A stretch of 14,836 nt of DNA from Myxococcota bacterium (GTDB lineage: Bacteria; Myxococcota; XYA12-FULL-58-9; JALHOP01), in assembly GCA_041288095.1 (NCBI GenBank), contig JBGGMJ010000200.1, forward strand, positions 1 through 14,836, written 5' to 3'. The notes beneath the pieces were generated by a model. That model was not told the DNA's origin and searched no databases. It worked only from the letters and a program-made list of their open reading frames with translations. Made by a program: the position numbers and the translations under genes. Positions 7,999-14,008 of the stretch are shown one piece after another; positions within the stretch are counted from its first letter, which is position 1; each line of letters begins with the position of its first letter.

Positions 7999-9348
7999 AT
8001 GCGCGCGAGCTTGCTCGGCCACGCCTGTCTCATCCTCGAAGCGGGAGCGACGCGAGTCATCACCGATCCCCTCTTCTTTGGCCCCGGTGAGCGCACTCTC
8101 GACCCTTGCCCGAAGCGTGTCGTGCACGTCGATGAGCTCGGTGCCTTCGATGCCATCGTCATCTCGCACCGCCACCTCGACCACTTCGACGCCGAGTCGC
8201 TCGCTCGCCTCGACCGGCGGCTGCCGATGTTCATGCCCCGTGACGAGGAGCTTGCCAGCCGGGCTCGCGCCAAGGGTTTCGCGAAGGTCACACAGCTGGC
8301 GCCCTGGGACGAGGTCGGCATCGGCGACTTCCACCTCATGGTCACGCCCTCGCACCGCCACGACGTCGCCGAGATGGGCATGGTGTTCATCGCGCCCGAT
8401 GCGGCCCTCTGGAACCAGGTCGACACCGTCGTCGATCAAGCGACCTGTTTGCGTGTTCTGAAGCGGACAAACGGCGCCTTGGATGTCGTGTTTTGCGCTT
8501 ACAATCCGCTCCTCGAGCACGCCACCATGTGGTACGCGGAAACGGACTTTCCCCAGGCTCGCTACGAGCGCCTCCTCGAGATGGCGGCGTGCAGCGAGGC
8601 GCGTCTCGTGGTGCCTGGCTCCTTCGGCCTGCGCATGGTCGGCAAATATGCCCACTTCAACCAGCGCTGCTACCCGGTGAGCCGCGAGCGCTTCGTGGCC
8701 GATTTCGCAAAGCTCGCTCCCGAGCGCGAAGCCTGGATCTTGAACCCTGGCGACGGCGTCGAGGTCGAGCGGGCGCAGCCACCGCGCAAGGTCGCGGTGC
8801 CGTACGCGACCACCCTCGAAGACGACACGGCGCTCACCCGATTCGCGCCCGAGACGCCGATGCCGGAGCTGGTCGACGAGAACCCGACGCGCTTTCCTGA
8901 CCGCGAGCTCGAGCGTGGGCTCGAGCATATCGTCATGCGCGTGTGGCCGAAGATCGCGGCCGAGGTCCTGGCCAAGGGGGAGGGCGGACCGCTCCTCACC
9001 CTGCGGAGCCGCCGGGCGACCGTGGACTTCGAGGTCGTCCTACCGCGTCGCCGCCGCCGCTTCCGCTTGCTGCGGTGGAGCCCCGCTCTCGAGCTTGCCG
9101 AGGTGGCTCCAGACGACCAGGACGGGGCGGACTATACGTTTACCTATGTCGCGTCGCAGGTTTACGGGGTCGCGGTCGGCCGCCCGTACCAGGTCCCCGA
9201 GGTCCTAGCCCGGCGTTCGGGCAAGACCAGGCCCGACGGTCTCACCCCGATTGACCCTGCTCGTTTGGCCGGAGTAGACGCCTATTCGACCACCGACGAG
9301 AACTTCGGCTGGTCGCCCCTCGACATTCTCGAAGGCCGGCGCCTTTGA
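7999..9348 (+). CDS. MBL-fold metallo-hydrolase (UlaG/CMAH-like) with an additional C-terminal domain
   Basis: LGHACLILE, VITDP and the metal-binding ISHRHLDHFD (HxHxDH); GGAG SD at 7991-7994. Confidence 0.88.
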   Translation: MRASLLGHACLILEAGATRVITDPLFFGPGERTLDPCPKRVVHVDELGAFDAIVISHRHLDHFDAESLARLDRRLPMFMPRDEELASRARAKGFAKVTQLAPWDEVGIGDFHLMVTPSHRHDVAEMGMVFIAPDAALWNQVDTVVDQATCLRVLKRTNGALDVVFCAYNPLLEHATMWYAETDFPQARYERLLEMAACSEARLVVPGSFGLRMVGKYAHFNQRCYPVSRERFVADFAKLAPEREAWILNPGDGVEVERAQPPRKVAVPYATTLEDDTALTRFAPETPMPELVDENPTRFPDRELERGLEHIVMRVWPKIAAEVLAKGEGGPLLTLRSRRATVDFEVVLPRRRRRFRLLRWSPALELAEVAPDDQDGADYTFTYVASQVYGVAVGRPYQVPEVLARRSGKTRPDGLTPIDPARLAGVDAYSTTDENFGWSPLDILEGRRL

Positions 9349-9352
9349 TCGC

Positions 9353-9381
9353 TTGACAACTTGGGGCGCCTTCTTTAGAAA
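9353..9381 (+). promoter_or_regulatory. sigma70-type promoter of rplM-rpsI
   Basis: Perfect -35 TTGACA (9353-9358), 17-nt spacer, -10 TAGAAA (9376-9381); SD-like GAGGGG at 9394-9399. Confidence 0.7.
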
Positions 9382-9406
9382 CGCGCGCTCTTCGAGGGGT
9401 TCCGCA

Positions 9407-9835
9407 ATGAAGACTGTCAGCGCCAAAAAAGAAGAAGTGGCGCGCAAATGGTACATCGTCGACGCCAAGGACCAGGTCCTGGGCCGCATGGCGACGCGTA
9501 TCGCCACCGTCCTTCGTGGCAAGCACAAGACGATCTACACGCCGCACATCGACACCGGCGACTTCGTCATCGTCATCAACGCCGACAAGGTCAAGCTGAC
9601 GGGTAACAAAGAAGAAGACAAGATGTACTACGATCACACCGGTTGGGCCGGTGGCATCGTCGAGCGCAACGCGGCCAAGCTGCGTGAGCGCGAGCCGACC
9701 GCTATGGTGGAGCGCGCCGTCGCCGGCATGATCCCGCGTGGCAACCTCGGCAACGCCGTCATCTCCAAGCTTCGCGTCTACGCGGCCGGCGAGCATCCGC
9801 ACTCCGCGCAGAAGCCAGAACCGCTTCCGCTCTAA
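9407..9835 (+). CDS. rplM: 50S ribosomal protein L13 (uL13)
   Basis: [50 protein letters not shown]. Start is ATG 9407; the track's TTG start is the -35 box. Confidence 0.99.
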   Translation: MKTVSAKKEEVARKWYIVDAKDQVLGRMATRIATVLRGKHKTIYTPHIDTGDFVIVINADKVKLTGNKEEDKMYYDHTGWAGGIVERNAAKLREREPTAMVERAVAGMIPRGNLGNAVISKLRVYAAGEHPHSAQKPEPLPL

Positions 9836-9854
9836 GCAAGACAAGGTAATTTCA

Positions 9855-10250
9855 ATGGCTCAGGCACAACGCTTCTACGGTACCGGTCGTCGTAAAGAGT
9901 CGACCGCGCGCGTTTGGTTGAAGAACGGCGATGGCACCATCACCATCAACAAGCGCCCCATGGACGATTACTTCGGTCGCGAGACCCTGAAGATGATCCT
10001 CCAGCAGCCGCTCGACATCACCGAGCAGCGCGGCAAGCTCGACATCAACATCAACGTGAAGGGCGGCGGCCTCTCGGGCCAAGCTGGCGCCATTCGCCAC
10101 GGCATCACCCGCGCGCTGATGGAGATGAATCCGGAGCTTCGTGGGACCTTGAAGAAGGCCGGCTTCGTGACCCGCGACCCGCGCGCAGTCGAGCGCAAGA
10201 AGTACGGTCGTCCGGGCGCCCGCAAGCGCTTCCAGTTCAGCAAGCGCTAA
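9855..10250 (+). CDS. rpsI: 30S ribosomal protein S9 (uS9)
   Basis: [55 protein letters not shown]; follows rplM as is canonical. Confidence 0.99.
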   Translation: MAQAQRFYGTGRRKESTARVWLKNGDGTITINKRPMDDYFGRETLKMILQQPLDITEQRGKLDININVKGGGLSGQAGAIRHGITRALMEMNPELRGTLKKAGFVTRDPRAVERKKYGRPGARKRFQFSKR

Positions 10251-10273
10251 GCGTTTCACCGCTCGCGTTTCTT

Positions 10274-10321
10274 CGAAAGCCCTCGTTGCTTGCATTGGCG
10301 GCAACGAGGGCTTTCGTGTTT
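10274..10321 (+). terminator. Intrinsic terminator of rplM-rpsI
   Basis: Perfect 16-bp inverted repeat CGAAAGCCCTCGTTGC (10274-10289) / GCAACGAGGGCTTTCG (10301-10316), followed by TGTTT, 23 nt after the rpsI stop. Confidence 0.85.
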
Positions 10322-10341
10322 CAAGACTTCGGGGAGAGCGC

Positions 10342-11043
10342 ATGCCCGCGAAAGAACGTCCGTACGTCGTCTGCCACATGGGACCTTCGGTGGACGGCCG
10401 CATCGTCGTCGACAAGTGGAAGCTGGACTTCTCCGCGGTCACCGCGGCGTACGAGGGTGCCGCCGAGCAGCTGGGCGCGGACGCCTGGATCATCGGCCGC
10501 GTCTCGATGGAGCCGTATGCCGGAAAATCGAAGGTGCCAAAGCGCCGGCGGCCCGTCGCCAAGATCCCGCGCGCTGACTTCGTCGCCGACCCAAAGGCTA
10601 CCTCGTTCGCGATAGCGGTTGATCCGTCGGGCAAGCTCACCTGGCGCAAGAGCGAGATCGACGGCGAGCACATCATCTCGGTGCTCACCGAGAAGGTTTC
10701 GGACGACTATCTCGCCTTCTTGCAGAACCGCGGCGTGTCGTACGTCTTCGCGGGCAAAAAGGACATCGACCTCCTGCTGGCCCTGCGCAAGCTGCGCGCT
10801 CTGTTCGGTGTCGAGCGCTTGCTGCTCGAGGGTGGCGGGGCGATCAACGGCAGCTTCCTGGACGCCGGGCTCATCGACGAGCTCAGCATCGTCATCATGC
10901 CGATCGCCGACGGGTCGATCGGCACGCCAACGCTATTCGATGCCCCGAAGGCCACGGGCCGCGGCCGACCGTTGAAGCTCTTGACGCACGAAATCCGCCC
11001 GGGCGGAGTGGTGTGGCTGCGCTACACGTTCATCGCGAAGTGA
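10342..11043 (+). CDS. RibD C-terminal domain / dihydrofolate reductase-fold oxidoreductase (stand-alone)
   Basis: RPYVVCHMGPSVDGRI, AIAVDPSGKL, LLLEGGGAINGSFLDAGLIDEL, VWLRY. No deaminase domain. GGGGAG SD. Confidence 0.9.
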   Translation: MPAKERPYVVCHMGPSVDGRIVVDKWKLDFSAVTAAYEGAAEQLGADAWIIGRVSMEPYAGKSKVPKRRRPVAKIPRADFVADPKATSFAIAVDPSGKLTWRKSEIDGEHIISVLTEKVSDDYLAFLQNRGVSYVFAGKKDIDLLLALRKLRALFGVERLLLEGGGAINGSFLDAGLIDELSIVIMPIADGSIGTPTLFDAPKATGRGRPLKLLTHEIRPGGVVWLRYTFIAK

Positions 11044-11439
11044 TCACGATTTACGGAAGCGGAAGACGTGCGTGTGGCCGTCGACGTTGCTGGTGATCTT
11101 GTTGATGGTCTCGCCAGCCTGGATTTGCTGAATCTCACTCTGGCTCAACGAGATCTGGTGGGTGTGGCTGTCGTCTTCCGTGGTCACGGCCGAGAGGCCC
11201 GCGGCAGGCGGTGAGACGAGCTGCTGCGATGTGATCTGGAAGGAGTGCACGTGGCCTTCAGCGCACGCCGAGGTCACCGTGAGCTCCGTGCCGGTCAAGA
11301 CGACGCCGTTTTCATCGTCGCATTGCGCGCCGTTTTCGTCGCCGCCGCCGCAGCTGGCTTGCAAGAGCACCCACCCGGCGGGCACCGCCACCATGACGCG
11401 GCCGGCGGTGGTCAGAAACTCTCGTCTCGAAGTCGACAT
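11044..11439 (-). CDS. Tat-exported lipoprotein with three HxH motifs, putative metal-binding
   Basis: Twin-arginine motif SRREFL, hydrophobic stretch, lipobox-like LQASC; motifs GHVH, SHTH, GHTH. Start is ATG 11439 (GGAAGG 9 nt upstream) or 11448; the track's 11508 start overlaps the divergent gene. Confidence 0.8.
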   Translation of the reverse strand: MSTSRREFLTTAGRVMVAVPAGWVLLQASCGGGDENGAQCDDENGVVLTGTELTVTSACAEGHVHSFQITSQQLVSPPAAGLSAVTTEDDSHTHQISLSQSEIQQIQAGETINKITSNVDGHTHVFRFRKS

Positions 11440-11458
11440 CTTTTGCATCCTTCCGATT

Positions 11459-11494
11459 TTGCGAAGACCCCAAGGGTGAGCTACGACTTGGGGT
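11459..11494 (+). promoter_or_regulatory. Candidate sigma70-type leaderless promoter overlapped by an 8-bp inverted repeat
   Basis: TTGCGA (11459-11464)-N17-TACGAC (11482-11487)-N7-ATG 11495; inverted repeat ACCCCAAG (11467-11474) / CTTGGGGT (11487-11494). Confidence 0.4.
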
Positions 11495-11833
11495 ATGACC
11501 GATGACAATCAGCAGCCTTCGGATGGACAGCAGGGTGAAAGCTTTGGCTTCCAGGCGCAAGGAAAGAACGAGAAGTACAACACCGAATTTCTCGTCAACA
11601 ACCTCGAGAAGGACAAGCAGCGCACCAAGTACATCGTGATTGGTGTCATCGTTGCCGTTGTCGGGCTCTGCGGCATCCTCTTCGCGCTAGCCGGCGGTGA
11701 GAGCGAAGGGCTCAAGCCCAAGACGGTGGAGCAGGCGCGCGCCGAAGCCGCCGCCAAAGCGGAGGCGGCCAAGCCGGCCGACACCGCGAAGCCGGCGGAC
11801 ACCGCGAAGCCCGCCGAAGCACCCAAGCCCTAG
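11495..11833 (+). CDS. Small single-pass membrane protein with Ala/Lys/Pro-rich repeat tail
   Basis: 112 aa; transmembrane-like YIVIGVIVAVVGLCGILFALAGG preceded by basic KQRTK; C-terminal AKPADT repeats; strong codon bias. Confidence 0.8.
   Translation: MTDDNQQPSDGQQGESFGFQAQGKNEKYNTEFLVNNLEKDKQRTKYIVIGVIVAVVGLCGILFALAGGESEGLKPKTVEQARAEAAAKAEAAKPADTAKPADTAKPAEAPKP
11768..11821 (+). repeat. Three imperfect 18-bp in-frame tandem repeats (AKPADT, AKPADT, AKPAEA)
   Basis: gccaagccggccgacacc / gcgaagccggcggacacc / gcgaagcccgccgaagca. Confidence 0.85.
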
Positions 11834-13932
11834 GCAGTCGTGCGGTTCAGCTTGTCGATGCCGAACACACCGGCGAGGAACGTCGCCATGTCGGCGAGCT
11901 CCGCGCGCGCCGCGTGGCCCCCGATGTGTTGGGTCATATAGACGGGCGATTGTTCGCCGAACTTACGCTGCATGGCGTCCGTGATGACGTACGCTTGCTG
12001 CGCGCCGACGCGGGTATCGCGATTGGCGGTGAGCACGTACGTCGGCTTGACGACCTTGGCGCGCTGCAGGAGTCGCCAGGGGCTGAAGCCGCGGACGTTG
12101 GCGATGGCCCGCAGGTCGAAGCGCTTGAGGAAGCCCTTCTTGTCGCGGGGGAAGGCGAAGTCGTCACGCGCCCACCAGCCGGACTGGCGGTAGAGCCAGG
12201 ACTCGGGGTCGGTCACCGGGACGACCGAAACGTACGCGTCGGCGCGGGGTCGCGCGAACGAGCGATTCAAAGTGTGCATGCCGCCGAAGGAACGGCCGGA
12301 GAGCACCATGTAGTCGCGTGGCCAACGCTCGCGCACCCAGTCTTCGACGGCGCTGATGTCCTCGAGGGTCCGCTGCTTGTTCGTCGTGCCTTGATCCATC
12401 CAGTCGTTGCCAAGCTCACCGCCGCCGCGCGCGTGCACCAACACGACACGGAACCCCATCTCGAGCATGAGCTGGTGAATGCGGTTCCACTGCGAGCTGT
12501 TGGCGATGCCGATGGCGCCGTACTGGAAGACGAAGGTCCCCTTGGTGGGCACATCGTTGCGTTCGTAGACCTCGAGCGGCACCATGGTGCCGTCTTTGCT
12601 CTTCGCCGTGTGGACGCTATCGCGGATTTTGGTGGCATCGTAGGCGATGGCGGCGCGCGGACGCTTGCTGAGCTTGAAGGTCGCGAGGTCGAGGGTGAAG
12701 GTCTCCGGCGGACAGGTTACCGACTGGTAGCTGAACTCGGTCGTCTTCGAGGCAGCGTCGCCGCTGAACTGCGACAGCGTGCCGCGGCCGGTCATGCCGA
12801 GCTCGTCCATGGTGATCTCGCGCAGCAACTTACCGTCGAGGTCGGCGATGCGGACCACGTTGGTGAAGTCGCGTCGCATGTACTGCATGATGATCTTGCC
12901 GCCGATCATCTGCGAGTGCAGCAGCGTCGCGGTGGGGTCGGGCGCGATGACGGTGCGCTGGGCGCGCGTCGCCTTGTCGACGGCGATGATGCCGAAGTTG
13001 TCGCCGATTCCCGAGGTGCGAAACCACAGCGTCTTGTCGGTGGCGTGCACGATGCGCCCGCGGTCGTGGCCGGGCGCGATCATATCGACCATGCCCGTCC
13101 CGAACACGTCGCCGTGGCGGACGATCTTGCGCGTTTGGTGCTGCACCTCGGCGACGCCTTGGTTGCGAACCACGTAGATCTCGTCCGGCCCCACCGAGCG
13201 CACCGTGTAGCGGCTGACGGTCGGCTTGTCTGGGTCGTCGAAGACGACTTTGTCCTTGGACGGGTCGCTACCTAGTTTGTGATAGCGGACGATGCCCAAC
13301 GGCCGGGCGTGGTCGTCGTCTTCACGCGAGGCGGTGGGGTTGTAGAACACGCCGCTCGAGTCGTGGTCCCAGGTCATGGGGATGTTCTTCAAGAGAAACG
13401 GGCCCGCGACCTGAGCCTTCGATTGCAGGTCGATGACCGACCAATCGGTGAAGTCGTCGCCGAAAAGAGCGACCCCGTAGGCCACCTTGGTGCCGTCGGG
13501 GCTGATGACGAAATCGGTGACCGCGGCGCCGGGCGCGAGCTTGCTGACGTCGACCAGTACTTCGCTCGCGCCGGCCGGGCTCGTCCGCGTCAGCGAACCG
13601 CGCTCGACGGCGAAGAGGTTGCCGCCGCGCTCGTAACGCAACGGCGGGTTGGTTGCCGCGAGCTCCTTGGCGCGCTGGACGAGCTCGGGGCGCAAGGCGA
13701 CCTGCGCCAGCATGGCTTCGGAGCGCGCGTTCTGCGCCGCGACCCAGGCGATGGTGCGGGGGTCGGCGGGGTTCTCGAGGATCTGGCGCGGGACGGCGGG
13801 GAGGCTACGCGGGGCGATGACGGCCGGGCGGGGCGCGGGCACCGCCAGGGGGGCCGGGGAGGGCGCTACCGGGCGGTCGGGCTGCGAAATGCCTACAACG
13901 GGCGAATTCGGGCGAATGCCGGTCGGTTCCAT
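11830..13932 (-). CDS. S9 family prolyl oligopeptidase-like serine peptidase
   Basis: LENPADPRTIAWVAAQN, SPDGTKVAYG (beta-propeller), SKDGTMVPL, ARGGGELGNDW, GRSFGG (Ser), DTRV (Asp), GGH (His). Start reassigned to ATG 13932 (MEPTGIRP, 700 aa); the 14067 start overlaps the upstream gene. Confidence 0.92.
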   Translation of the reverse strand: MEPTGIRPNSPVVGISQPDRPVAPSPAPLAVPAPRPAVIAPRSLPAVPRQILENPADPRTIAWVAAQNARSEAMLAQVALRPELVQRAKELAATNPPLRYERGGNLFAVERGSLTRTSPAGASEVLVDVSKLAPGAAVTDFVISPDGTKVAYGVALFGDDFTDWSVIDLQSKAQVAGPFLLKNIPMTWDHDSSGVFYNPTASREDDDHARPLGIVRYHKLGSDPSKDKVVFDDPDKPTVSRYTVRSVGPDEIYVVRNQGVAEVQHQTRKIVRHGDVFGTGMVDMIAPGHDRGRIVHATDKTLWFRTSGIGDNFGIIAVDKATRAQRTVIAPDPTATLLHSQMIGGKIIMQYMRRDFTNVVRIADLDGKLLREITMDELGMTGRGTLSQFSGDAASKTTEFSYQSVTCPPETFTLDLATFKLSKRPRAAIAYDATKIRDSVHTAKSKDGTMVPLEVYERNDVPTKGTFVFQYGAIGIANSSQWNRIHQLMLEMGFRVVLVHARGGGELGNDWMDQGTTNKQRTLEDISAVEDWVRERWPRDYMVLSGRSFGGMHTLNRSFARPRADAYVSVVPVTDPESWLYRQSGWWARDDFAFPRDKKGFLKRFDLRAIANVRGFSPWRLLQRAKVVKPTYVLTANRDTRVGAQQAYVITDAMQRKFGEQSPVYMTQHIGGHAARAELADMATFLAGVFGIDKLNRTTA

Positions 13933-13940
13933 GTCCGGCC

Positions 13941-13968
13941 AGTATCGCCGCGTTGCACCCGGGGTTGC
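13941..13968 (-). promoter_or_regulatory. Candidate alternative-sigma promoter GCAAC-N16-CGATACT, 8 nt before ATG 13932
   Basis: Minus strand reads GCAAC cccgggtgcaacgcgg CGATACT ggccggac ATG. Both boxes are identical to those at 7617-7645. Confidence 0.35.
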
Positions 13969-14008
13969 CCCGGTGCGCCCAGCCACCCTGGCGCATCGGC
14001 TATCGCGC

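Noticed and set aside
7999..9348. MBL-fold gene as an antibiotic-resistance beta-lactamase or anti-phage nuclease
   Set aside because: No signal peptide, a UlaG-type N-terminal motif, and no defence- or mobility-associated neighbours.
9359..9366. ACTTGGGG present in both the rplM promoter spacer and at 11486-11493
   Set aside because: Only 8 bp, in different positions relative to the promoter boxes, with no partner half-site at rplM; likely chance.
10342..11043. Calling this gene ribD or folA, or expecting an FMN riboswitch upstream
   Set aside because: It lacks the deaminase domain and rib neighbours. The 91-nt upstream gap is occupied by the rpsI terminator and has no room for a riboswitch.
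11768..11830. AKPADT repeats as RiPP core peptides for the adjacent S9 enzyme, or as a CRISPR-like array
   Set aside because: The repeats are contiguous in-frame codons with synonymous variation and no spacers. They lie in a membrane protein tail on the opposite strand, with no RiPP or cas genes nearby.
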